NCBI GenBank assembly: GCA_964016885.1
Contig: OZ024758.1
Coordinates: 38,812,001-38,876,000 of the forward strand
Origin: Eledone cirrhosa
Taxonomy: Eukaryota
DNA: 64,000 nt
Direction: 5' to 3'
The position numbers and the translations under genes were made by a program. The stretch's first letter is position 1. Every line of letters begins with the position of its first letter. Below, in pieces: positions 27,601-40,800 of the stretch. Under the pieces are notes generated by a model, which saw only the letters and a list, made by a program, of their open reading frames with translations, was not told where the DNA came from and searched no databases.

Positions 27601-30600
27601 GCTGTCAGAAGTCACTCCACTGTTGGTGAGAATTCATTTAAGTTCATGGTACTAGCTGTCAGAAGTAACCCAATGTTGGTGAGAATTCATTTAAGTTCAT
27701 GGTATTAGCTGTCAGAAGTCACTCCAATGTTGGTGAGAATTCATTTAAGTTCATGGTATTAGCTGTCAGAAGTAACTCCACTGTTGGTGAGAATTCATTT
27801 AAGTTCATGGTATTAGCTGTCAGAAGTAACTCCACTGTTGGTGAGAATTCATTTAAGTTCATGGTATTAGCTGACAGAAGGAACGCCACTGTTGGTGAGA
27901 ATTCATTTAAGTTCATGGTATTAGCTGTCAGAAGTAACTCCACTGTTGGTGAGAATTCATTTAAGTTCATGGTACTAGCTGTCAGAAGTAACTCCAATGT
28001 TGGTGAGAATTCATTTAAGTTCATGGTATTAGCTGTCAGAAGGAACTCCACTGTTGCTGAGAATTCATTTACGTTCATGGTATTAGCTGTCAGAAGTAAC
28101 TCCACTGTTGGTGAGAATTCATTTAAGTTCATGGTACTAGCTGTCAGAAGTAACTCCACTGTTGGTGAGAATTCATTTAAGTTCATGGTATTAGCTGTCA
28201 GAAGTAACTCCACTGTTGGTGAGAATTCATTTAAGTTCATGGTATTAGCTGTTAGATGGAACTCCAATGTTGGTGAGAATTCATTTAAGTCATGGTACTA
28301 GCTGTCAGAAGTAACTCCACTGTTGGTGAGAATTCATTTAAGTTCATGGTATTAGCTGTCAGAAGGAATGCCACTGTTGGTGAGAATTCATTTAAGTTAA
28401 TGGTATTAGCTGTCAGAAGTAACTCCACTGTTGGTGAGAATTCATTTAAGTTCATGGTACTAGGTGTCAGAAGTAACTCCAATGTTGGTGAGAATTCATT
28501 TAAGTTCATGGTATTAGCTGTCAGAAGGAACTCCACTGTTGCTGAGAATTCATTTAATTTCATGGTATTAGCTGTCAGAAGTAACTCCACTGTTGGTGAG
28601 AATTCATTTAAGTTCATGGTATTAGCTGTCAGAAGTAACTCCACTGTTGGTGAGAATTCATTTAAGTCATGGTATTAGCTGTCAGAAGTAACTCCAATGT
28701 TGGTGAGAATTTATTTAAGTTCATGGTATTAGCTGTCAGAAGTCACTCCACTGTTGGTGAGAATTCATTTAAGTTCATGGTACTAGCTGTCAGAAGTAAC
28801 CCCAATGTTGGTGAGAATTCATTTAAGTTCATGGTATTAGCTGTCAGAAGTCACTCCAATGTTGGTGAGAATTCATTTACATCATGGTATTAGCTGTCAG
28901 AAGTAACTCCACTGTTGGTGAGAATTCATTTAAGTTCATGGTATTAGCTGTCAGAAGTAACTCCACTGTTGGTGAGAATTCATTTAAGTTCATGGTATTA
29001 GCTGTTAGATGGAACTCCAATGTTGGTGAGAATTCATTTAAGTCATGGTACTAGCTGTCAGAAGTAACTCCACTGTTGGTGAGAATTCATTTAAGTTCAT
29101 GGTATTAGCTGTCAGAAGGAACGCCACTGTTGGTGAGAATTCATTTAAGTTCATGGTATTAGCTGTCAGAAGTAACTCCACTGTTGGTGAGAATTCATTT
29201 AAGTTCATGGTACTAGCTGTCAGAAGTAACTCCAATGTTGGTGAGAATTCATTTAAGTTCATGGTATTAGCTGTCAGAAGGAACTCCACTGTTGCTGAGA
29301 ATTCATTTAAGTTCATGGTATTAGCTGTCAGAAGTAACTCCACTGTTGGTGAGAATTCATTTAAGTTCATGGTATTAGCTGTCAGAAGTAACTCCACTGT
29401 TGGTGAGAATTCATTTAAGTCATGGTATTAGCTGTCAGAAGTAACTCCATTGTTGGTGAGAATTCATTTAAGTCATGGTACTAGCTGTCAGAAGTAACTC
29501 CAATGTTGGTGAGAATTCATTTAAGTCATGGTACTAGCTGTCAGAAGTAACTCCAATGTTGGTGAGAATTCATTTAAGTTCATGGTATTAGCTGTCAGAA
29601 GTAACTCCACTGTTGGTGAGAATTCATTTAAGTCATGGTATTTATTAGCTGTCAGAAGTAACACCAATGTTGGTGAGAATTCATTTAAGTTCATGGTATT
29701 AGCTGTCAGAAGTAACTCCACTGTTGGTGAGAATTCATTTAAGTTCATGGTATTAGCTGTCAGAAGTAACTCCACTGTTGGTGAGAATTCATTTAAGTTC
29801 ATGGTACTAGCTGTCAGAAGTAACTCCACTGTTGTTGAGAATTCATTTAAGTTCATGGTATTAGTTTGTCAGAAGTAACTCCACTGTTGGTGAGAATTCA
29901 TTTAAGTCATGGTATTAGTTGTCAGAAGTAACTCCACTGTTGGTGAGAATTCATTTAAGTTCATGGTATTAGCTGTTAGATGGAACTCCAATGTTGGTGA
30001 GAATTCATTTAAGTCATGGTACTAGCTGTCAGAAGTAACTCCACTGTTGGTGAGAATTCATTTAAGTTCATGGTATTAGCTGTCAGAAGGAACGCCACTG
30101 TTGGTGAGAATTCATTTAAGTTAATGGTATTAGCTGTCAGAAGTAACTCCACTGTTGGTGAGAATTCATTTAAGTTCATGGTACTAGGTGTCAGAAGTAA
30201 CTCCAATGTTGGTGAGAATTCATTTAAGTTCATGGTATTAGCTGTCAGAAGGAACTCCACTGTTGCTGAGAATTCATTTAAGGATCATGGTATTAGCTGT
30301 CAGAAGTAACTCCAATGTTGGTGAGAATTCATTTAAGTTCATGGTATTAGCTGTCAGAAGTAACTCCACTGTTGGTGAGAATTCATTTAAGTTCATGGTA
30401 TTAGCTGTCAGAAGTAACTCCACTGTTGGTGAGAATTCATTTAAGTCATGGTATTAGCTGTCAGAAGTAACTCCAATGTTGGTGAGAATTTATTTAAGTT
30501 CATGGTATTAGCTGTCAGAAGTCACTCCACTGTTGGTGAGAATTCATTTAAGTTCATGGTACTAGCTGTCAGAAGTAACCCCAATGTTGGTGAGAATTCA

Positions 30601-31857
30601 TTTAAGTTCATGGTATTAGCTGTCAGAAGTCACTCCAATGTTGGTGAGAATTCATTTAAGTTCATGGTATTAGCTGTCAGAAGTAACTCCACTGTTGGTG
30701 AGAATTCATTTAAGTTCATGGTATTAGCTGTCAGAAGTAACTCCACTGTTGGTGAGAATTCATTTAAGTTCATGGTATTAGCTGTTAGATGGAACTCCAA
30801 TGTTGGTGAGAATTCATTTAAGTCATGGTACTAGCTGTCAGAAGTAACTCCACTGTTGGTGAGAATTCATTTAAGTTCATGGTATTAGCTGTCAGAAGGA
30901 ACGCCACTGTTGGTGAGAATTCATTTAAGTTCATGGTATTAGCTGTCAGAAGTAACTCCACTGTTGGTGAGAATTCATTTAAGTTCATGGTACTAGCTGT
31001 CAGATGTAACTCCAATGTTGGTGAGAATTCATTTAAGTTCATGGTATTAGTTTGTTAGAAGTAACTCCACTGTTGCTGAGAATTCATTTAAGTCATGGTA
31101 TTAGTTGTCAGAAGTAACTCCAATGTTGGTGAGAATTCATTTAAGTTCATGGTACTAGCTGTCAGAAGTAACTCCACTGTTGGTGAGAATTCATTTAAGT
31201 CATGGTATTAGCTGTCAGAAGTAACTCCAATGTTGGTGAGAATTCATTTAAGTTCATGGTATTAGCTGTCAGAAGTCACTCCACTGTTGGTGAGAATTCA
31301 TTTAAGTTCATGGTACTAGCTGTCAGAAGTAACCCAATGTTGGTGAGAATTCATTTAAGTTCATGGTATTAGCTGTCAGAAGTCACTCCAATGTTGGTGA
31401 GAATTCATTTAAGTTCATGGTATTAGCTGTCAGAAGTAACTCCACTGTTGGTGAGAATTCATTTAAGTTCATGGTATTAGCTGTCAGAAGTAACTCCACT
31501 GTTGGTGAGAATTCATTTAAGTTCATGGTATTAGCTGACAGAAGGAACGCCACTGTTGGTGAGAATTCATTTAAGTTCATGGTATTAGCTGTCAGAAGTA
31601 ACTCCACTGTTGGTGAGAATTCATTTAAGTTCATGGTACTAGCTGTCAGAAGTAACTCCAATGTTGGTGAGAATTCATTTAAGTTCATGGTATTAGCTGT
31701 CAGAAGGAACTCCACTGTTGCTGAGAATTCATTTACGTTCATGGTATTAGCTGTCAGAAGTAACTCCACTGTTGGTGAGAATTCATTTAAGTTCATGGTA
31801 CTAGCTGTCAGAAGTAACTCCACTGTTGGTGAGAATTCATTTAAGTTCATGGTATTA
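24475..31857 (+). repeat. Near-perfect tandem duplication, period 3664-3665 bp (68 monomers)
   Basis: ORF starts are offset by 3665 and then 3664 (24627/28292 through 27699/31363). The private marker TAAGGATCATGG occurs at ~26616/30280. Confidence 0.93.
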
Positions 31858-34800
31858 ACTGTCAGAAGTCACTCCAATGTTGGTGAGAATTCATTTAAGT
31901 TCATGGTATTAGCTGTCAGAAGTCACTCCACTGTTGGTGAGAATTCATTTAAGTTCATGGTACTAACTGTCAGAAGTAACCCCAATGTTGGTGAGAATTC
32001 ATTTAAGTTCATGGTATTAGCTGTCAGAAGTCACTCCAATGTTGGTGAGAATTCATTTAAGTTCATGGTATTAGCTGTCAGAAGTAACTCCACTGTTGGT
32101 GAGAATTCATTTAAGTTCATGGTATTAGCTGTCAGAAGTAACTCCACTGTTGGTGAGAATTCATTTAAGTTCATGGTATTAGCTGTCAGAAGGAACTCCA
32201 CTGTTGGTGAGAATTCATTTAAGTTCATGGTACTAGCTGTCAGAAGTAACTCCACTGTTGGTGAGAATTCATTTAAGTTCATGGTATTAGTTTGTCAGAA
32301 GTAACTCCACTGTTGGTGAGAATTCATTTAAGTCATGGTACTAGCTGTCAGAAGTAACTCCACTGTTGGTGAGAATTCATTTAAGTTCATGGTATTAGCT
32401 GTCAGAAGTAACTCCACTGTTGGTGAGAATTCATTTAAGTTCATGGTATTAGCTGTCAGAAGTAACTCCACTGTTGGTGAGAATTCATTTAAGTTCATGG
32501 TATTAGCTGTTAGATGGAACTCCAATGTTGGTGAGAATTCATTTAAGTCATGGTACTAGCTGTCAGAAGTAACTCCACTGTTGGTGAGAATTCATTTAAG
32601 TTCATGGTATTAGCTGTCAGAAGGAACGCCACTGTTGGTGAGAATTCATTTAAGTTAATGGTATTAGCTGTCAGAAGTAACTCCACTGTTGGTGAGAATT
32701 CATTTAAGTTCATGGTACTAGGTGTCAGAAGTAACTCCAATGTTGGTGAGAATTCATTTAAGTTCATGGTATTAGCTGTCAGAAGGAACTCCACTGTTGC
32801 TGAGAATTCATTTAAGTTCATGGTATTAGCTGTCAGAAGTAACTCCAATGTTGGTGAGAATTCATTTAAGTTCATGGTATTAGCTGTCAGAAGTAACTCC
32901 ACTGTTGGTGAGAATTCATTTAAGTTCATGGTATTAGCTGTCAGAAGTAACTCCACTGTTGGTGAGAATTCATTTAAGTCATGGTATTAGCTGTCAGAAG
33001 TAACTCCAATGTTGGTGAGAATTTATTTAAGTTCATGGTATTAGCTGTCAGAAGTCACTCCACTGTTGGTGAGAATTCATTTAAGTTCATGGTACTAGCT
33101 GTCAGAAGTAACCCCAATGTTGGTGAGAATTCATTTAAGTTCATGGTATTAGCTGTCAGAAGTCACTCCAATGTTGGTGAGAATTCATTTAAGTTCATGG
33201 TATTAGCTGTCAGAAGTAACTCCACTGTTGGTGAGAATTCATTTAAGTTCATGGTATTAGCTGTCAGAAGTAACTCCACTGTTGGTGAGAATTCATTTAA
33301 GTTCATGGTATTAGCTGTCAGAAGTAACTCCACTGTTGGTGAGAATTCATTTAAGTTCATGGTACTAGCTGTCAGAAGTAACTCCAATGTTGGTGAGAAT
33401 TCATTTAAGTTCATGGTATTAGCTGTCAGAAGTAACTCCACTGTTGGTGAGAATTCATTTAAGTCATGGTATTTATTAGCTGTCAGAAGTAACACCAATG
33501 TTGGTGAGAATTCATTTAAGTTCATGGTATTAGCTGTCAGAAGTAACTCCACTGTTGGTGAGAATTCATTTAAGTTCATGGTATTAGCTGTCAGAAGTAA
33601 CTCCACTGTTGGTGAGAATTCATTTAAGTTCATGGTACTAGCTGTCAGAAGTAACTCCACTGTTGTTGAGAATTCATTTAAGTTCATGGTATTAGTTTGT
33701 CAGAAGTAACTCCACTGTTGGTGAGAATTCATTTAAGTCATGGTATTAGTTGTCAGAAGTAACTCCAATGTTGGTGAGAATTCATTTAAGTTCATGGTAC
33801 TAGCTGTCAGAAGTAACTCCACTGTTGGTGAGAATTCATTTAAGTCATGGTATTAGCTGTCAGAAGTAACTCCAATGTTGGTGAGAATTCATTTAAGTTC
33901 ATGGTATTAGCTGTCAGAAGTCACTCCACTGTTGGTGAGAATTCATTTAAGTTCATGGTACTAGCTGTCAGAAGTAACGCAATGTTGGTGAGAATTCATT
34001 TAAGTTCATGGTATTAGCTGTCAGAAGTCACTCCAATGTTGGTGAGAATTCATTTAAGTTCATGGTACTAGCTGTCAGAAGTAACTCCAATGTTGGTGAG
34101 AATTCATTTAAGTTCATGGTATTAGCTGTCAGAAGGAACTCCACTGTTGCTGAGAATTCATTTAAGTTCATGGTATTAGCTGTCAGAAGTAACTCCACTG
34201 TTGGTGAGAATTCATTTAAGTTCATGGTACTAGCTGTCAGAAGTAACTCCACTGTTGGTGAGAATTCATTTAAGTTCATGGTATTAGCTGTCAGAAGTCA
34301 CTCCAATGTTGGTGAGAATTCATTTAAGTTCATGGTATTAGCTGTCAGAAGTCACTCCACTGTTGGTGAGAATTCATTTAAGTTCATGGTATTAGCTGTC
34401 AGAAGTAACTCCACTGTTGGTGAGAATTCATTTAAGTTCATGGTATTAGCTGTCAGAAGAAACTCCACTGTTGGTGAGAATTCATTTAAGTTCATGGTAT
34501 TAGCTGTTAGATGGAACTCCAATGTTGGTGAGAATTCATTTAAGTCATGGTACTAGCTGTCAGAAGTAACTCCACTGTTGGTGAGAATTCATTTAAGTTC
34601 ATGGTATTAGCTGTCAGAAGGAACGCCACTGTTGGTGAGAATTCATTTAAGTTCATGGTATTAGCTGTCAGAAGTAACTCCACTGTTGGTGAGAATTCAT
34701 TTAAGTTCATGGTACTAGCTGTCAGAAGTAACTCCAATGTTGGTGAGAATTCATTTAAGTTCATGGTATTAGCTGTCAGAAGGATCTCCACTGTTGGTGA

Positions 34801-37800
34801 GAATTCATTTAAGTTCATGGTACTAGCTGTCAGAAGTAACTCCACTGTTGGTGAGAATTCATTTAAGTTCATGGTATTAGCTGTCAGAAGTAACTCCACT
34901 GTTGGTGAGAATTCATTTAAGTCATGGTATTAGCTGTCAGAAGTAACTCCAATGTTGGTGAGAATTCATTTAAGTCATGGTACTAGCTGTCAGAAGTAAC
35001 TCCAATGTTGGTGAGAATTCATTTAAGTTCATGGTATTAGCTGTCAGAAGTCACTCCAATGTTGGTGAGAATTCATTTAAGTTCATGGTATTAGCTGTCA
35101 GAAGTAGCTCCACTGTTGGTGAGAATTCATTTAAGTTCATGGTATTAGCTGTCAGAAGTAACTCCACTGTTGGTGAGAATTCATTTAAGTTCATTGTATT
35201 AGCTGTCAGAAGAAACTCCACTGTTGGTGAGAATTCATTTAAGTTCATGGTATTAGCTGTTAGATGGAACTCCAATGTTGGTGAGAATTCATTTAAGTCA
35301 TGGTACTAGCTGTCAGAAGTAACTCCACTGTTGGTGAGAATTCATTTAAGTTCATGGTATTAGCTGACAGAAGGAACGCCACTGTTGGTGAGAATTCATT
35401 TAAGTTCATGGTATTAGCTGTCAGAAGTAACTCCACTGTTGGTGAGAATTCATTTAAGTTCATGGTACTAGCTGTCAGAAGTAACTCCAATGTTGGTGAG
35501 AATTCATTTAAGTTCATGGTATTAGCTGTCAGAAGGAACTCCACTGTTGCTGAGAATGCATTTAAGTTCATGGTATTAGCTGTCAGAAGTAACTCCACTG
35601 TTGGTGAGAATTCATTTAAGTTCATGGTACTAGCTGTCAGAAGTAACTCCACTGTTGGTGAGAATTCATTTAAGTTCATGGTATTAGCTGTCAGAAGTCA
35701 CTCCAATGTTGGTGAGAATTCATTTAAGTTCATGGTATTAGCTGTCAGAAGTCACTCCACTGTTGGTGAGAATTCATTTAAGTTCATGGTACTAGCTGTC
35801 AGAAGTAACCCCAATGTTGGTGAGAATTCATTTAAGTTCATGGTATTAGCTGTCAGAAGTCACTCCAATGTTGGTGAGAATTCATTTAAGTTCATGGTAT
35901 TAGCTGTCAGAAGTAACTCCACTGTTGGTGAGAATTCATTTAAGTTCATGGTATTAGCTGTCAGAAGTAACTCCACTGTTGGTGAGAATTCATTTAAGTT
36001 CATGGTATTAGCTGTCAGAAGGAACTCCACTGTTGGTGAGAATTCATTTAAGTTCATGGTACTAGCTGTCAGAAGTAACTCCACTGTTGGTGAGAATTCA
36101 TTTAAGTTCATGGTATTAGTTTGTCAGAAGTAACTCCACTGTTGGTGAGAATTCATTTAAGTCATGGTACTAGCTGTCAGAAGTAACTCCACTGTTGGTG
36201 AGAATTCATTTAAGTTCATGGTATTAGCTGTCAGAAGTAACTCCACTGTTGGTGAGAATTCATTTAAGTTCATGGTATTAGCTGTCAGAAGTAACTCCAC
36301 AGTTGGTGAGAATTCATTTAAGTTCATGGTATTAGCTGTCAGAAGTAACTCCACTGTTGGTGAGAATTCATTTAAGTTCATGGTATTAGCTGTCAGAAGG
36401 AACTCCAATGTTGGTGAGAATTCATTTAAGTCATGGTACTAGCTGTCAGAAGTAACTCCACTGTTGGTGAGAATTCATTTAAGTTCATGGTATTAGCTGA
36501 CAGAAGGAACGCCACTGTTGGTGAGAATTCATTTAAGTTCATGGTATTAGCTGTCAGAAGTAACTCCACTGTTGGTGAGAATTCATTTAAGTTCATGGTA
36601 CTAGCTGTCAGAAGTAACTCCAATGTTGGTGAGAATTCATTTAAGTTCATGGTATTAGCTGTCAGAAGGAACTCCACTGTTGCTGAGAATTCATTTACGT
36701 TCATGGTATTAGCTGTCAGAAGTAACTCCACTGTTGGTGAGAATTCATTTAAGTTCATGGTACTAGCTGTCAGAAGTAACTCCACTGTTGGTGAGAATTC
36801 ATTTAAGTTCATGGTATTAGCTGTCAGAAGTCACTCCAATGTTGGTGAGAATTCATTTAAGTTCATGGTATTAGCTGTCAGAAGTCACTCCACTGTTGGT
36901 GAGAATTCATTTAAGTTCATGGTACTAGCTGTCAGAAGTAACCCCAATGTTGGTGAGAATTCATTTAAGTTCATGGTATTAGCTGTCAGAAGTCACTCCA
37001 ACGTTGGTGAGAATTCATTTAAGTTCATGGTATTAGCTGTCAGAAGTAACTCCACTGTTGGTGAGAATTCATTTAAGTTCATGGTATTAGCTGTCAGAAG
37101 TAACTCCACTGTTGGTGAGAATTCATTTAAGTTCATGGTATTAGCTGTCAGAAGGAACTCCACTGTTGGTGAGAATTCATTTAAGTTCATGGTACTAGCT
37201 GTCAGAAGTAACTCCACTGTTGGTGAGAATTCATTTAAGTTCATGGTATTAGTTTGTCAGAAGTAACTCCACTGTTGGTGAGAATTCATTTAAGTCATGG
37301 TACTAGCTGTCAGAAGTAACTCCACTGTTGGTGAGAATTCATTTAAGTTCATGGTATTAGCTGTCAGAAGTAACTCCACTGTTGGTGAGAATTCATTTAA
37401 GTTCATGGTATTAGCTGTCAGAAGTAACTCCACTGTTGGTGAGAATTCATTTAAGTTCATGGTATTAGCTGTTAGATGGAACTCCAATGTTGGTGAGAAT
37501 TCATTTAAGTCATGGTACTAGCTGTCAGAAGTAACTCCACTGTTGGTGAGAATTCATTTAAGTTCATGGTATTAGCTGTCAGAAGGAACGCCACTGTTGG
37601 TGAGAATTCATTTAAGTTAATGGTATTAGCTGTCAGAAGTAACTCCACTGTTGGTGAGAATTCATTTAAGTTCATGGTACTAGGTGTCAGAAGTAACTCC
37701 AATGTTGGTGAGAATTCATTTAAGTTCATGGTATTAGCTGTCAGAAGGAACTCCACTGTTGCTGAGAATTCATTTAAGTTCATGGTATTAGCTGTCAGAA

Positions 37801-40800
37801 GTAACTCCAATGTTGGTGAGAATTCATTTAAGTTCATGGTATTAGCTGTCAGAAGTAACTCCACTGTTGGTGAGAATTCATTTAAGTTCATGGTATTAGC
37901 TGTCAGAAGTAACTCCACTGTTGGTGAGAATTCATTTAAGTCATGGTATTAGCTGTCAGAAGTAACTCCAATGTTGGTGAGAATTTATTTAAGTTCATGG
38001 TATTAGCTGTCAGAAGTCACTCCACTGTTGGTGAGAATTCATTTAAGTTCATGGTACTAGCTGTCAGAAGTAACCCCAATGTTGGTGAGAATTCATTTAA
38101 GTTCATGGTATTAGCTGTCAGAAGTCACTCCAATGTTGGTGAGAATTCATTTAAGTTCATGGTATTAGCTGTCAGAAGTAACTCCACTGTTGGTGAGAAT
38201 TCATTTAAGTTCATGGTATTAGCTGTCAGAAGTAACTCCACTGTTGGTGAGAATTCATTTAAGTTCATGGTATTAGCTGTCAGAAGTAACTCCACTGTTG
38301 GTGAGAATTCATTTAAGTTCATGGTACTAGCTGTCAGAAGTAACTCCAATGTTGGTGAGAATTCATTTAAGTTCATGGTATTAGCTGTCAGAAGTAACTC
38401 CACTGTTGGTGAGAATTCATTTAAGTCATGGTATTTATTAGCTGTCAGAAGTAACACCAATGTTGGTGAGAATTCATTTAAGTTGATGGTATTAGCTGTC
38501 AGAAGTAACTCCACTGTTGGTGAGAATTCATTTAAGTTCATGGTATTAGCTGTCAGAAGTAACTCCACTGTTGGTGAGAATTCATTTAAGTTCATGGTAC
38601 TAGCTGTCAGAAGTAACTCCACTGTTGTTGAGAATTCATTTAAGTTCATGGTATTAGTTTGTCGGAAGTAACTCCACTGTTGGTGAGAATTCATTTAAGT
38701 CATGGTATTAGTTGTCAGAAGTAACTCCAATGTTGGTGAGAATTCATTTAAGTTCATGGTACTAGCTGTCAGAAGTAACTCCACTGTTGGTGAGAATTCA
38801 TTTAAGTCATGGTATTAGCTGTCAGAAGTAACTCCAATGTTGGTGAGAATTCATTTAAGTTCATGGTATTAGCTGTCAGAAGTCACTCCACTGTTGGTGA
38901 GAATTCATTTAAGTTCATGGTACTAGCTGTCAGAAGTAACGCAATGTTGGTGAGAATTCATTTAAGTTCATGGTATTAGCTGTCAGAAGTCACTCCAATG
39001 TTGGTGAGAATTCATTTAAGTTCATGGTACTAGCTGTCAGAAGTAACTCCAATGTTGGTGAGAATTCATTTAAGTTCATGGTATTAGCTGTCAGAAGGAA
39101 CTCCACTGTTGCTGAGAATTCATTTAAGTTCATGGTATTAGCTGTCAGAAGTAACTCCACTGTTGGTGAGAATTCATTTAAGTTCATGGTACTAGCTGTC
39201 AGAAGTAACTCCACTGTTGGTGAGAATTCATTTAAGTTCATGGTATTAGCTGTCAGAAGTCACTCCAATGTTGGTGAGAATTCATTTAAGTTCATGGTAT
39301 TAGCTGTCAGAAGTCACTCCACTGTTGGTGAGAATTCATTTAAGTTCATGGTATTAGCTGTCAGAAGTAACTCCACTGTTGGTGAGAATTCATTTAAGTT
39401 CATGGTATTAGCTGTCAGAAGAAACTCCACTGTTGGTGAGAATTCATTTAAGTTCATGGTATTAGCTGTTAGATGGAACTCCAATGTTGGTGAGAATTCA
39501 TTTAAGTCATGGTACTAGCTGTCAGAAGTAACTCCACTGTTGGTGAGAATTCATTTAAGTTCATGGTATTAGCTGTCAGAAGGAACGCCACTGTTGGTGA
39601 GAATTCATTTAAGTTCATGGTATTAGCTGTCAGAAGTAACTCCACTGTTGGTGAGAATTCATTTAAGTTCATGGTACTAGCTGTCAGAAGTAACTCCAAT
39701 GTTGGTGAGAATTCATTTAAGTTCATGGTATTAGCTGTCAGAAGGATCTCCACTGTTGGTGAGAATTCATTTAAGTTCATGGTACTAGCTGTCAGAAGTA
39801 ACTCCACTGTTGGTGAGAATTCATTTAAGTTCATGGTATTAGCTGTCAGAAGTAACTCCACTGTTGGTGAGAATTCATTTAAGTCATGGTATTAGCTGTC
39901 AGAAGTAACTCCAATGTTGGTGAGAATTCATTTAAGTCATGGTACTAGCTGTCAGAAGTAACTCCAATGTTGGTGAGAATTCATTTAAGTTCATGGTATT
40001 AGCTGTCAGAAGTCACTCCAATGTTGGTGAGAATTCATTTAAGTTCATGGTATTAGCTGTCAGAAGTAACTCCACTGTTGGTGAGAATTCATTTAAGTTC
40101 ATGGTATTAGCTGTCAGAAGTAACTCCACTGTTGGTGAGAATTCATTTAAGTTCATTGTATTAGCTGTCAGAAGAAACTCCACTGTTGGTGAGAATTCAT
40201 TTAAGTTCATGGTATTAGCTGTTAGATGGAACTCCAATGTTGGTGAGAATTCATTTAAGTCATGGTACTAGCTGTCAGAAGTAACTCCACTGTTGGTGAA
40301 AATTCATTTAAGTTCATGGTATTAGCTGACAGAAGGAACGCCACTGTTGGTGAGAATTCATTTAAGTTCATGGTATTAGCTGTCAGAAGTAACTCCACTG
40401 TTGGTGAGAATTCATTTAAGTTCATGGTACTAGCTGTCAGAAGTAACTCCAATGTTGGTGAGAATTCATTTAAGTTCATGGTATTAGCTGTCAGAAGGAA
40501 CTCCACTGTTGCTGAGAATGCATTTAAGTTCATGGTATTAGCTGTCAGAAGTAACTCCACTGTTGGTGAGAATTCATTTAAGTTCATGGTATTAGCTGTC
40601 AGAAGTAACTCCACTGTTGGTGAGAATTCATTTAAGTTCATGGTATTAGCTGTCAGAAGTAACTCCACTGTTGGTGAGAATTCATTTAAGTTCATGGTAT
40701 TAGCTGTCAGAAGGAACTCCAATGTTGGTGAGAATTCATTTAAGTCATGGTACTAGCTGTCAGAAGTAACTCCACTGTTGGTGAGAATTCATTTAAGTTC

